From NCBI RefSeq assembly GCF_009914755.1, contig NC_060941.1: a stretch of 64,000 nt of DNA; one strand, given 5' to 3'. The notes under the pieces were generated by a model that was not told the DNA's origin, ran no database searches, and worked only from the letters and a program-made list of their open reading frames with translations. This document shows positions 40,879 to 59,529 of this stretch, in pieces. The position numbers were made by a program, and so were the translations under genes. Position 1 is the first letter of the stretch. Every line of letters starts with the position of its first letter. The DNA comes from the human T2T-CHM13v2.0 reference genome, Homo sapiens.

Positions 40879-42902
40879 GGATGCAATCTGGCCCCAAAAG
40901 ATTCACGTTCACCCCACATAAAAATACACTTGCTCCTTCCCAAGGTACCCCAAAGTCTCAATGCATTACACCATCAACTCAAATCCAAAATCTTTATCTA
41001 AGTCTTTTCAGGTCAAATTCTCAAAGTCGCTGCAGTTCCAAATCTCATCATCTACATCACCTAAATTAGGTTTGGATGAGGTTCTGGGTATAAAGCATAA
41101 TGGGGAAAAATTTATCTCCATCTGTAGACTTGTGAAACTAAAAAACAAGTTATCTGCTCCCAAAAATGCAATGGTGGAGCAGGCATAGGATAACAGTTAT
41201 GGACATTTCTGATCCAAAGGAGATAAAATAGAAGGAAAAAAGAAGTCACATGTTCCAAGCAATTTTAAAATCCAGCTGGGCAAATACCACAAGAATCCAG
41301 TTTCTGGAAATAAACCTCCATAGCTTGAGTATTTGCCTTTTGGGCCTGTGGCTCTGCCCTTGGTGTTATCCTTGCTTTTTTTTTGAAGGGTATTTGCGGC
41401 TGAGTAGTTTTATCAGCCTGTTTCCTGCCAATAGCCAGGGACCGGGGAGGTGGAAGGTGGGGGTGGGGGTGGAGGTGTGGAGGGTGGGGGTGTAGGGTGG
41501 GGGCTGGAGGGTGGGGGGGTGGAGGGGTGGAGGATGGGGGGGTGGGGGTTGGAAGGTGGGGGGTGGTGGGAGTGGAGTGTGGGGGCTGGAGGGTGGGGAT
41601 GGTGGGGTGGAGGGTGGGGGGTGGAGGGGTGGAGGGTGGAGGGTGGGGGTGGTGGGAGTGGAGGGTGGGGGCTGGAGGGTGGGGATGGTGGGGTGGAGGG
41701 TGGGGGGTGGAGGGGTGGAGGGTGGAGGGTGGGGGTGGTGGGAGTGGAGGGTGGGGGCTGGAGGGTGGGGATGGTGGGGTTGAGGGTGGGGGGTGGAGGG
41801 GTGGAGGGTGGGGTTGGGGGGGTCGAGGGGTGGGGGGTGGAGGGTGGAGGCTGGCGGGTGGTGGGAGTGGAGGGTGGGGGCTGGAGGGTGGGGGGGGTGG
41901 AAGGTGGGGGCGGAGGGGTGGAGGATGGGGGGAAGTGGGGTGGTTCCGCAGCCTTCTTTCATTTCATCTTCACTTTGTCCCTTTCTGTACAACCTGCAGT
42001 GTTTGCGTTGTTATAACATTATCAAAAGCTTTATGGATCTCCCATTTATATCTGGAGATTCACTTCATTAGACACAAGGCTTCTTCACCAATGTTTTCTG
42101 GATAATCACATCTCCATTCTTGGCTTCTGCTGAGATGGCTGGTGGAATTCATTATCCACACGCCTAATCTCTTCAAAGATCCTTTTATTTGACTGAATAC
42201 TCTTTCAGATCCTTGTCAGGCACTGGCAAAGTGTTATCCAGCTCGACCCTTGAGTTTCTCTTCAGAGCTCATGTTCCTGGCAATAAAACTAATTTTAGGA
42301 TATTTTGAAGTCTGTAGAGGCTGATAATTTCTCAAATCATAAAGTCCTGGTTCCTGTTTGCTTAACAGACTTTTCCTTAACTTATGCTTTCCTCTCATCC
42401 TTTATCATAAACAGTGAGAAATAATTGGGTTGCCCCTTCTACACAGCTTGGAAATCTCTTCAGGTAAATATCCAAAGTCATCATTTACAAGTGTTGCTTT
42501 CCACCTAACCTCATGATAAAATTTGGCTGCATTTCCTGTCACTACGTAGCAAGGATGCCTTTTCCTCCACTTCACAATACATAGTTTCCGTCGCCTTCTG
42601 AGCCCTCACTAGTAGTGTTTTAACACTCATCTTTCTACTAAAACTCTATTTGTGATGATTTAGTTACTTTCTAAGATGATATAGCTTTACTATACTCTTC
42701 ACTTCTGTCTGTGTCTTCACCGTCAGCAATTTAACGACCCTGTTTACAATGATCTAGACATTCTTTAAGGTAATACAAGTTTTTTTCCTACTATACTCCT
42801 CATTATTCTTCCAGCCTCTGCCCCTTACCCATTTCCAAAGCCAGTTCTACATTTTTGGCATTTATTTCATATAGCAACTCTCCATTTCTAGATACCAAAA
42901 TC
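40879..42902 (-). mobile_element. MLT1-type internal sequence, interrupted by G-rich array
   Basis: Contiguous with the LTR; MaLR-int motifs (ccccaaagtctc, aaacaagttatctgct, ending ttctagataccaaaatc). Confidence 0.7.
41444..41943 (+). repeat. G-rich (GGGTGGA/GGGGT) minisatellite, G-quadruplex array
   Basis: ~500 bp made almost entirely of G-runs; landmark gctggagggtggggatgg recurs at 41585, 41671 and 41757 (86-bp period). Confidence 0.95.
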
Positions 42903-43617
42903 GATTTACCATTTTTTGAATGTCTCCCATTTTCCAGAATTAAGCTAAGTGCTTTATAAACATCTTAATTATCTTAACAACTACCCAAGGGGCACATTAT
43001 TATATATATTTTACAGATCTGAAAGACAGTTCAGTATGATTTAAAAATGTCAGTCTTTGGCCCCAGGCAGATGTTGATTTAAATTCTGATTTCATAACAC
43101 TTTAGCTACATATTCTTGGGAAAATCACTTAGTCTTTTAAAATTTTCTGAGCTTCAGTTGCCTAAAAACTAAAATAGTAGAAATAAACCCTACTATAGAA
43201 AACAAATTTTATTGCCTTTTCTTTTATACATTTTTTTTCTTTTTCTTTTTTGTTGTTGTTGAGGGGTACATAGATATGCAGTCTGCTTGCCTTAATGGGC
43301 ATGCAATAGGTGTTATTCTTGATGTTGTTCTATTCTGTTGTCACCTATGGAATTAATTCATATGAAAAAGAATATTACCAGAGGAGAGGAAATATACATA
43401 ATAAAGATGCCTGGTAAAGGAGAATAAAATAGGTATATTTGGAGAGACTTAGGCTAATGTAGCTGATGAAAGTTTCTAAAAGTTCTGTGGTGACTGAAAT
43501 GCTTACTGGCTCCCTCAACTTTCCATTGCTTTCCTTGAGGATAATTAATAGATATCAGATATATCATGAATTAATTAGGGAAAAGATGGTAGAGTCAGCA
43601 AAGTTTTTGTTTGATGA

Positions 43618-43951
<334 letters not shown>

Positions 43952-44574
43952 GGAGCTTTGTATTTCTAAGGAAATTTAGTGATAAGTCCTGAAATCATCT
44001 TGAACAATGAAAAAGGGTTATTATAATCGGTAGTTACTTCTAATTTGTGTTATATCCTTCTAAAGTAGTTTACTTAATAAAAAGTTCCATATTTGGTTTG
44101 TCAACCTTGGGGATTTAACACTTCAATTAAAATGTGATACTTAACATAAAAAGAGAAAAAAGAAAGAGAGGGAACCTCTGGGTCTATATTTATTACTTGC
44201 CTCCTCAATAAAGAAAGAATTGTTTAAAACAGTTTATTTTAACATAAACCAACCCAGGCGTCATCTCAGAGCTATCTCTTTGGAATTTGTCTGCAAATAG
44301 AAGTTTTATCATTTGTCTTTTGAAAAGGGCACCCAAGTAGGAAGAACAGCTGTAGTCTACAATTTTCAAACTTCATAACGTAATTTGTTGACTACTTTTT
44401 TCAATTAAGTTTTATGCTGTCAGATAGTGAGGTGGTTAATTTATATATGTTTGCATAAATATATACTGTGCTGGAAACCCCAAATTGTCATCATTTTTAT
44501 AGGTTTAAAATAAGATTTACTGATGAAACTGTTTCCTTTCTTTTTCATGGGAAAGGAGGAATCATGTGAAGAAT

Positions 44575-44760
44575 TTGGACATAAAATAGACCAAAATTCA
44601 AATTCCAGTTCTATCACGTACTCTCTTGTACCTCGGATCTTAACTTTGTTGAGCTTCTTACTCATCTATGAAATGGGTGTAATAATACATTTAAATGAGA
44701 TAACATACAGCTCCTGGCAAATAATATTTTCTCAGTAAACATTTTTGTTATTCTTTATTT
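44575..44760 (+). mobile_element. MIR
   Basis: ttcaaattccagttctatcac...ctcatctatgaaatgggtgtaataata. Confidence 0.6.
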
Positions 44761-46095
44761 TCATAGTCTCTGTTACAAGTCAGGTAAATTATCTCTAGTC
44801 CTACCCAATTGCCAAACCAGTAAATATAAGTTACTGGGGCAGTTCAGAATTTTCAATCATCCTATGGCCTTACCTCCAATTTTTCTCTACACATATATTT
44901 CCTTTATACCACTAAGCAAAATTAGAAATGTCTTGGTTTATATATTTCTTCCCATGCTTTCTGTCTCTACAACCAGAATATAAGCTTCAGAACAAGAGTA
45001 TTCAAATCTGGTGTGTTTATCCCCAGACTCACAACACTGGGTCCAGAGCAGGTCCTCAGTAGATGTTTATAAATATCAGGATGTATTACATATATTAACT
45101 TTTTATGAGTAGTTATTATTTATTATATTCCACTTAGATATGGAATTATTACTTCAGGTGGTAGCTGACTTGTACTGGAAAAGTGACTGAGCCCAACTCT
45201 AATGCTAATGTTAATTGGATTTATATGAAGTTTCTTTGGTTTTAATTGCACTTTGAATGAATTCAAGAATTTCACTAGCTATAACTTCTATCTATGGTAA
45301 GAAGCGTTGTCCAAGCCACAGAACCTCAAGATTACAACAGAGATTTAAATTAAAACTCTTCTAATTGTTATTATTGTAATTATTATAATTCACCAACTGG
45401 ACAATTGGAACAATAAACTCTTGGAATTTAAATTAAGTATGGAATGGGGATGGATGTTTGGGGTGCTTTATAGTTTCCTGTCTCCATCTCTCTCAGTGGC
45501 CTCTTACTCTCAAATAGCAGTGGTAATTCTTCTTGGATCATTAACCTAAAAGAGTCTCAGGAATGCTTTGTGACCATTGCTACCGAAATATAACTACTCA
45601 ATATGAGTGGGAGATAATGGGTCTGGATATGTTGGCCACATACATACCAGGTGGAAGCTAGGCCTGGGTAGGAACCCTGAAAAACGCTTTGCAAGAAAAT
45701 TCAATATCTTTGAATTACAATAACTTTCAGGAATTCTCATTCCATTTAGAATGTAGACAAAGGCTAATAACCAAACTGAGGTCTCTCCCTGACCATTGAA
45801 GGCTGGTTCTGGGTTCTGCAGGGTGCCCTGCCTTGCAAAGCTCTGATGTGCTCTGGTTTCCCACATTTTCCCACATCAGCGCTCTGTTTGCCCACATTTT
45901 CCTTTCTGTATAACTGGATGAAGACCCCATTACTGAGTTTTAATCAGAACACTACCTCTACATGCCTGGCTAGGGTAAAAGCTATTTCTCATAGTCAGTT
46001 CTTCCAATTCCAGACATAGAAAAATCACAACATTCTATTTTCCCAGAAGGAATGAAGTCCATCTCAGCCAACTGCTCTTGACATCTGTCTCCATC

Positions 46096-46461
46096 TGTAT
46101 TAGTCTGTTTTCACACTGCCATAAAGAACTTCCCTGAGACTGGGTAATTTATAAAGAAAGAGATTTAATTGACTCACAGTTCCGCATGGCTAGGGAGGCC
46201 TCAGGAAACTTACAATCATGGCAGAAGGGAAGGCAGGCACATCTTACTTGGTAGCAGGCCAGAGAGAGAAAGAGTGAGTGAAGGGCAAAGAATCCCTTAT
46301 AAAACCATCAGATCTTGTGAGAACTTACTCACTATCATGAGAAGAGCATGGGGGAAACCACTCCCATGATCCAGTTACCTCCCACCAGGTTCCTCCCTTG
46401 ACATGTAGGGATTACAATTTGAGATGAGATTTGGGTGGGGACACAGAGCCAAACTATATCA
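46096..46461 (-). mobile_element. THE1C/D solo LTR (MaLR)
   Basis: tgtattagtctgttttcacactgccataaagaac...gagatttgggtggggacacagagccaaactatatca. Confidence 0.92.
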
Positions 46462-46627
46462 CTATTTTTTGGGTACCTTCCATTTCTTTCAGCAAAGTTA
46501 GATTTTTTTTGGGGGGCTTTAACATAGGGTTCCTTTTTGGATGTTCCACCAAATTACTATGACATTACAGTAATATAAACTGAGAAAACAGATCAGCAAT
46601 AGACAGAAGAGTTTGTTATGTTTTGTC

Positions 46628-46893
46628 TTTTTTTTTTTTTTTGAGGTGGGGTCTCACTCTGTCACCCAGGCTAGAGTGCAGTGGTGTGATCGCAGCTCTC
46701 TGCAACCTCTGCCTCCCAGGCTCAAGTGATCCTCCCACCTCAGCCTCTTGAGTAGCTGGGACCACAGGCATGTGGCACCATGCCTGACTAATTTTTGTGG
46801 TTTTGGTAGAGATGGGGTTTTGCCTTGTTGCCCAGGTTGGCCTTGAACTCCTGAGCTCAAGCAATCCATTTGCCTTGACCTCCCAAAGTGCTA
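46628..46893 (-). mobile_element. AluJ, 5'-truncated
   Basis: Poly-T; cccaggctcaagtgatcctcccacctc. Confidence 0.9.
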
Positions 46894-47149
46894 GGTTTAT
46901 TTATTTTTTAAGACATTTTAAATTAATTTCAGTCAAATACATTTTAGAAGAAGATCTTATACTGAGAAGGTATCCCCAGGTCTTTTTTATCCAAAATTGC
47001 ATAAAACCTCATTTCTTTTCACTGCACAATTATTTTCAGTGTGCATAATATTCACCCCTAAAAAAATTATAATGATATATGTAATATTGCTATAGAATGC
47101 TGTATATTCAACTTAAGAAAACGTACAATTGCATTTGTGAACTAAATAA

Positions 47150-47511
<362 letters not shown>

Positions 47512-49153
47512 TGACTTGTCCTGCATCTATTTAGCCCAGTAAATGTTGCTGTTCTACTTTTCCTGGCTTCATAATCCACTTTTAGGTTCTAGCTGCATCT
47601 CAAATAAATATTGGCAAAGCAATTCAAATCCTTAAAATGCCTCAGCAGATTGATGCATTCTAAGCTGGAGAAAAATAAAAACAGAATCATACATCATGTT
47701 TATCAGCCTTTGCCATAGAGTTCTTTGACTATAATGAATTCATTGAGTCAAACAACTTTTTCCATGTCTCTCTCTCACTCTGAAATCTGGCTAAATAAAC
47801 GTGATGTTTAATATCTTGCAAGTATATTTGCATGTGATGGTAGTTTCCTGTGTAATTAAAAAAATGGGGAAAATGAGCTTATATATTGGCTCTGATAGAA
47901 CATATTATGGTGGTAAATTTGAAGGAAGCTGAAGGGCAAACATAGCTGTTGACTTGGCAAGTTGTCATGACTAAGAAGGTATTCTGGGACCTATACTCAG
48001 TAAAAAAACAATAAGCCACTCTCAGCCTAGATTTTCTTCTTTGGAGGACTTGGCCGCCAGTGTCATTTGCAACCAAGAAAACTTTTATAGGTCTGTTCTT
48101 ATCAGAGCCTTCCTTTCATGAACAGTCAGGTCAGTCAACTCATCTTCTTTTCTCAACAATTTAGTGAAGTCAGAAAGACTGAAAGACAAAGCAAAAAAGC
48201 CAGAGTTACAGTGTTTTAGATAAGCTAAAGCATTTATTGTTTCACCATAGCGGTGGCTGATGCAGATATATGTAGCTAATATCTTTAAAATTCTGGTTGA
48301 TTCCCTTTCTGGTTGGTTGCATACCTTTCCCAGTGTAACTTCTCAGTGGGAGTAAATGATGTTCATCTAGACCAAAGATGCAAGCTATCATTTCTGTTTC
48401 CTTCCCACATAGGTATTTGTCTTTGTTTTGCAAGATTTTCTTTCTCTATCCCTCAATTTAAAAGGCAAATTCCTTAAAAATCCATGGACAATTTCAGGTG
48501 TATAGTGCATGGTTCAATTGCCCCAGAGGATAATGTTGAAGTTGCTTTGCAGAGGGGTGCAAGAGAAAGGGGGGTGTAATCCAAGATAATAGTAAAAGCC
48601 GATAAGCATTGCCATTTCAGGAAACTCTGCCACATAACTTGGCAGTTTGAAAATTTAGCCAACCTTTTTATAGGGAGGTCATTAAATTCCAGTATTTCAT
48701 ACATATTGTGCTTCAAAGCAGGCAGGTATTCATTATTTTTACTTCATTTTGTTTTATTAAAATAAATGCTTCAGAATACCTTATGCAAAACAAAATCCAA
48801 ATACATTTTTGAAAACACATGTATACTTTGCTTCTAAACTAGAAAAAACCATATTGCTGGTTTAGGTGACAATTCAATAGGAAGTGAAATTTTTTAATCT
48901 AATACATTTTTAAAAAGCTGAGAGTTTACTAGTTTCATATGTATTTTGCCACTAAATCCCTCTTCATTAAGGATATTTATTGCAAAATAATCATCTTTAG
49001 AAAAAGGAGGTAGATGTCTTGATTTTGAAACTGAACGATAACATGAAACTGAATAACATGCATAACCTTTACATTTAGAAACAAATTGCTATAATTGCCT
49101 CTTGAACAACAAATAAGCAAAAATAACATTAAAATTAAAATATTGTAATATTT

Positions 49154-49351
<198 letters not shown>

Positions 49352-50005
49352 TAAACCAGGAAGAGAAAAAGATATGCATCATAATTCAGAATGCAGTGTG
49401 TCAAATGACTTAATTTTATTTGATCTGCAGCAGAAAAATGTAATTTCTTATTTGAGATTCTTTGATGTTGCCATTTCACTTTTGCCTTTCTTGTTGGCTA
49501 ATAGCTGGGAATTATTTCCTGGAAAAGTATCTGATCCATTAAGGAAAGAATATGACCATGTTTCGTGGAAATTAAAAAGTAATGTAGACAAATATTCATA
49601 GAAGATACAAGTGTGACCCTAAAGTTAGTATTTGAATGTTGTTCTCCTATTTCTGATTTTATTGACCCAAAATATCAAGCTAGGTTTATCCATGTTTGCG
49701 TGTAGCATTTTAATTACTTAGCCTAAGAAAAGATGGAATTGAATTTCAAATGTAAAGCAGTAGGAAAAAAAAAGAGAGATTTCTCTTTAGGTTTTCAAAA
49801 ATGTATTTCTTGGAGCTTCTTGATTTTGGCAGAATGAGCAAAAACAGGACTGAGAGGACTGAACTAACTATTCTTGTCGTTGAATGTGGGAGTTATTTCT
49901 GTTTGCTTCCTCTACAAAATCAGTTTCTCCAACCACATCTTGAGAAGTTTTCCTTTGCACAACATGTTTGACAAATTGCCAAGCAAAGGCATTGAAGAAT
50001 CTCGG

Positions 50006-50072
50006 CTTCATCCTACAACCTTTTTCTTCATCTCAGAACCTTCAACCTACAACTTTTTCTTCATCTCAGAAC
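50006..50072. repeat. 34/33-bp tandem duplication
   Basis: cttcatcctacaacctttttcttcatctcagaac followed by cttcaacctacaactttttcttcatctcagaac. Confidence 0.9.
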
Positions 50073-50394
50073 ACGTCTTAGAAGATATGAGTCTCCAAAA
50101 TAGCAGAGGGGAATGTTTTACTTAAAAAATGTGTGTGAGATCACTGTACATAAAGTTATTCACATGATAATGGATACAGAACTCCATTGATGAAAAACGT
50201 TAGGAATTTTCTCATATATTTAAATGTTTGATAAGTTATTTTCTTTATTTTGGTGACCAGAATGCACACAAATGGTTGCATAATTTATGTAGATATATGC
50301 AAAAGCTCTGCCAACAGGTACTTGTGGGAGAATCAAAGTCTGCTCTATCCATGCATTCCTTTTACATTCCTTTTACTTCCACCTCCACTTCTTA

Positions 50395-50679
50395 TTTCTT
50401 TCTTTTTTTTTTTTTTTTTTTTTTTTGGAGACGGAGTCTCACTCTGTTACCCAGGCTGGAGTGCAGTGGCACAATCTTGGCTCACTGCAACCTCCACCTC
50501 TCCACCTCCCGGGTTCAAGCAATTCTCCTGCCTCCGCCTCCCGAGTAGCTGGGACGACAGGCCCACGCTGCCACACCCGGCTAATTTTTTGTATTTTAGT
50601 AGAGATGGGTTTTCACCGTGTTGCCCAGGCTGGTCTCCCAAAGTGCTAGGATTATGGGCATGAGCCACTGTGCCCGGCC
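50395..50679 (-). mobile_element. AluS with left-arm internal deletion
   Basis: ggctggtctcccaaagtg junction lacks ~35 nt; TSD cacctccacttctta. Confidence 0.9.
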
Positions 50680-51116
50680 TCACCTCCACTTCTTAACAAG
50701 TACTCTATGCTCTAAGTTCATTATTTTCTCCCACTGGGCTCCCTTTGCTATTGTACTTCTACTCAGTTATTGCTCCCGTTTTTATTATCTGCCTCCTTAT
50801 TCTTCTTGTAACCGAAGCATTCTCTCTGTAGGTCCAAAATAAAGTCCAAGGACTAGCAGACACTTTCCTTTTCAGGACACAATATGTTATCTCATCCCTG
50901 GAATACCTAGGATACATCGCACACTCCGTGCACGGTGTGTGTGTGTGTGTGTGTCTGTGGTCTGCGTGTGTATGCTTCTTTGTTATGCATTGTTAATTTC
51001 TTTCACTACAAGTATTTTAAGTTTTTTGAACAAAAAGAACTATATTTCAATAATAGTTATCATCTACTGAACATCTGAGAGTAGCAACAAATGTTAGAGT
51101 GAACATTGTAAAATAA

Positions 51117-51366
<250 letters not shown>

Positions 51367-51469
51367 TAATATTGAGTAGACATCTGGCCCATTCACATAC
51401 CTAATAGTAAATGTTATAATGTAAAAAAAAAAAAAAAAAATACTAGTTTCTACAAATATTGTCTCTTTT

Positions 51470-51802
51470 ACTTTTATAGCCAGAGAATCACTTTCTTATA
51501 GTTAGATATGGTATTGTAACTAGTTCTGGCTAATGGAATGTAAGCAAAGTGTTATGTGCAACATTTTTTCAAAGGTTTAGGGCAAGATCTTCATCCTTTA
51601 TGGCTGGGGTACAATCAATCATTTCGGACCAGAAATGAACATGGGATCTGCATGGCTTCATATTATCAGCCATGGACAATATCATTTGAGAAAAGGATTG
51701 TTAAAAATTAATCATAGAAACAAACAAAATTTTATTCTATTTTGTTTAAGCCACTGTTAGTTTGGGTTTCTGAGATTCACTGCTGAATGTTATTCTGATA
51801 CC
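51470..51802 (+). mobile_element. Ancient ERVL LTR (LTR33-like) fragment
   Basis: gtaactagttctggctaatggaatgtaagcaaagtg...tttgtttaagccactgttagtttgggtttctg. Confidence 0.5.
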
Positions 51803-52196
51803 TCCACTTCAACCTACGATGTGTAATTCCCAGTTTACCTGGGACAGTCCTGAATTACAGTGATGTCTTGTAATTTTTCTGCTACTTCCCAGGACCCTCA
51901 AAAGTACCTGGCTTAGGTGATATGTTATATAGTGATGCTTCTTAATTCTCTAGACTCCGAATGTTATTAGCTACAGCAACATTTATCGAAGTAACATTTT
52001 TCCTAGGAGTTTAAATGTAAAACAGCTAAAGACAAAGTTACTCTGGGTCAGACATGTCTGGAAGAGCTACAGTTCTCCCTAATACCTACAGACCACAAAC
52101 TGGGCCTGAACTGGTATCTATATATGTGTGTGTTGGTGGGGGTGATATCTATTTATTCATTTGTTTATTTTTTTTCCACTGGATAGGAATTTCTAA

Positions 52197-52584
<388 letters not shown>

Positions 52585-52619
52585 CCTAGTGTATAGTTTT
52601 AGAGACTCCTTTTCAATTG

Positions 52620-53173
52620 TGTCAGAAGTGTTTGAACCAGAGCAACTCCATCTTGAGTAGGGGCTAGGTAAAATGAGGCAGAAATCTACTAGGCTGCATT
52701 CCCAGATGCTTAGGCATTCTAAATGATGGATGGGATAGGAGATCGGCACAAGATACAGTTCATAAAGACCTTGCTGATAAAACAGGTTGCAATTAAGAAC
52801 CTGGCTAAAACCCACCAAAACCAAAATGGTCACGAGAGTGACCTCTGGTCATCCTCACTGCTACACTCCCACCAGTGCTGTGACAGTTTACACATGCCAA
52901 GGCAACATCAGGAAGTTACCCTATATGGTCTAAAAAGGGGAGGCATGAATAATCCACCCCTTGTTTAGCATGTCATCAAGGAATAACCATAAAAATAAGA
53001 AACCAGCAGCCCTTGGGTCTGCTGTGTCTATGGAGTAGCCATTCTTTTATTCCTTTACTTTCTTAATAAACTTGCGTTCACTTTACTCTCTGGATTCTCC
53101 CTGAATTCGTCTTTCTTGAGCGAAAGCCAAGACCCTCTCTTGGGATCTGGATTGGGACCCCTTTCCTGTAACA
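52620..53173 (+). mobile_element. MER41A solo LTR (ERV1)
   Basis: tgtcagaagtgtttgaaccagagcaactccatcttg...ggacccctttcctgtaaca; 554 bp; perfect 4-bp TSD attg. Confidence 0.93.
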
Positions 53174-55638
53174 ATTGTGTCCTATTACATTCAGCCAATT
53201 TAGCAAATTGATTTATGATTCTTACATATCCATAGGATAAGTATGTGGATTATCTTCATTTTGTTACTGATGAGAAAATGGACACTTAAAGAAATTCAGT
53301 GACTTTCCAGGGTTACATACCATCTGACTAAATGGCAAAACTGAAATCAAGCCCAAATACACTCTACCTCCTCTCACAAATTTTGGAAACATTTAATCCA
53401 ATCCTTAAATCAACAGAGGATCAAACTGAGGCGCAGGGATTGCTGAAATAGACAAGGAGTAACAAAGTTTGCCCCGTTAGAGCCAAATGATGAGCTTCTG
53501 GCCTTTTGAAAAGTTTAGTTGTAAAATAGTCCCTATGAGTAGGAAGGAAGACACATTTTTATTTAGTTTTATGTAAATGGTGCGAGACAAATTCAGCCTT
53601 GCCTAAGGCAACTGAAAAACCATCTTTGAGTGAATTATTCCTTTGAAGCTTTATCTTCAAAAGGCACTGCTACTCTTTAACTTTGGCAGGAAAGGGGAAC
53701 ACCTGCAGCACCGTTGCATAAATTGGCTTCGTTGGACCTCCTTCATCAGCCAGAGCTGGAGACCTACGTGGGTTATAATGTCTGGAAAGGGCAAGGTGGT
53801 GGCCTGAGTAGTCTGAAGTCTGTTATTCTGGTAATGGTTCCCTACTTAGGGTATTTCTAACTATGAATCAGGCCTTCAGGAGAAATATTACTAACTGGAA
53901 ATATTGAGGGACGTGGAGACAAGATGTGAGCCTACAGCACAGCTTTCCTTCCAGTGCGTATGGTACATAGGATGCCCAAGTGCGGGTTCAAATATGCTGA
54001 GATGTTGATTCGCTCAGCCCTTGGGATGGATCTTGCAATGAGATTTGCTCAGTCTCATTTGTTTTTCCCGAGTACAGGGTACCATGTACCTAAAATCGTT
54101 TGCTTGTTACTCTGGGATATCATGGGAAGCCCTGGCCTAGGGCATCTAGAACTACATGCAGCTAGCATGTGGAGGACTGAAAGAATTCTCTGAACCGAAG
54201 AGCATGTGATTTGGAATTTTTAAACATAGTTTCTGTAAATATAGATGGAGTCTTCCCTGCACATATAAGGCATATCCCGTGGATCCAAAGGGGTAACTAT
54301 GTGATTTGACAGCAAAAGTGGATGTGATCCACAAAGCAGAGAAATACGGAGCCAGGTCCACCTTGGAAAAACAGGAACACATATCCACACTCAGTACGCA
54401 TCCTCTCTCATCTCACGACTCTCATCCCAGTCAGAGTTGTCTGAATGGACAGGATTACTGGCAAATATTTGCTATGATGAAGATTTTTTTCCCATGATTG
54501 CTAATATTTTATGCCTCAATCCCCCATTCCTCCCCACCCCAGCAAACCAAGTCCTTCATGATGTTTCCATGGCTCTTGCAGTTCCTAGACAATCTGTTTG
54601 GCTTCCCCATCCAAGATTTTTGGAGTGGAACACTGGAATATAGGATAGCATCACAAGTTAGTCAAGAAAGTCAATAGGAAGTGATGTTTATAGCTGGGAT
54701 AAGATGTCCTTTTAGGCCACTTAAGCTTTGTACATGGACCTGCACTGTGTGTATTTCATAGAACAGCTAGGTAGCATTTCCCATGTCGTGTCTACCACAT
54801 GTTGGATGTCAGGGTGGGTTGAAATGCTTTGGATCAGTATTTGTCAAATTATGATCTGTCGACTACCATCTTCTAGGACTAATACATTAAATATATTTTA
54901 AAAAATTGGAGTTATATGTTTAAGTAATGGTCAGGATTAATTCTAGGGATAGAAAGTTCTAGGGATAAATATTCAAGACTAAGTAGCTGAGAGACACAAT
55001 CAAGAACAGAATTTTTTTCTTTATTTTTTTAAACTACACTATGTTTTGTGTGTTGGCTTCTCTACATTTCCCTCATGGTTACTAGATGATTGTTATGTCT
55101 CTATGACTGCATCTTCCTTCCAGAGAGGAGAAAAGAGGAAGTAAAAAGGGGTTAAAAGTCATGTTAGTGGAGTCTTTCCCTTTTATGAGAAAAACAAAAA
55201 ACATTCCTAGGAACTTTCCTCTTAAGTCGCACTAGACAGGATTTAGTCACATGGCTACCATCAATACATCTTTGGAAAAGGGTAACAAGATTACCACAAC
55301 TAGTCATGGCCAGGGTGACCACCTGCCTATCAAAGATTTCTGTTTCTTTTTCATGGTGTAGAATGGTTGCTAAGAAGGCACACTTCCAAGCCTTTCTTTT
55401 TTTTTTTTTTTTTTTTAATTTTTTTTTTTTTTTATTATACTCTAAGTTTTAGGGTACATGTGCACATTGTGCAGGTTAGTTACATATGTATACATGTGCC
55501 ATGCTGGTGCGCTGCACCCACTAACGTGTCATCTAGCATTAGGTATATCTCCCAATGCTATCCCTCCCCCCTCCCCCGACCCCACCACAGTCCCCAGAGT
55601 GTGATATTCCCCTTCCTGTGTCCAAGTGATCTCATTGT

Positions 55639-59490
<3,852 letters not shown>

Positions 59491-59529
59491 TCATTAGTTG
59501 ATGCAGTTTCTTCCTAGTCTTGATGGTCT

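Noticed and set aside
41366-42105. Long Pro/His-rich and Gly/Trp-rich ORFs (188-208 aa) on both strands
   Set aside because: They arise from the stop-free G-rich repeat; several frames are open at once and there are no gene signals.
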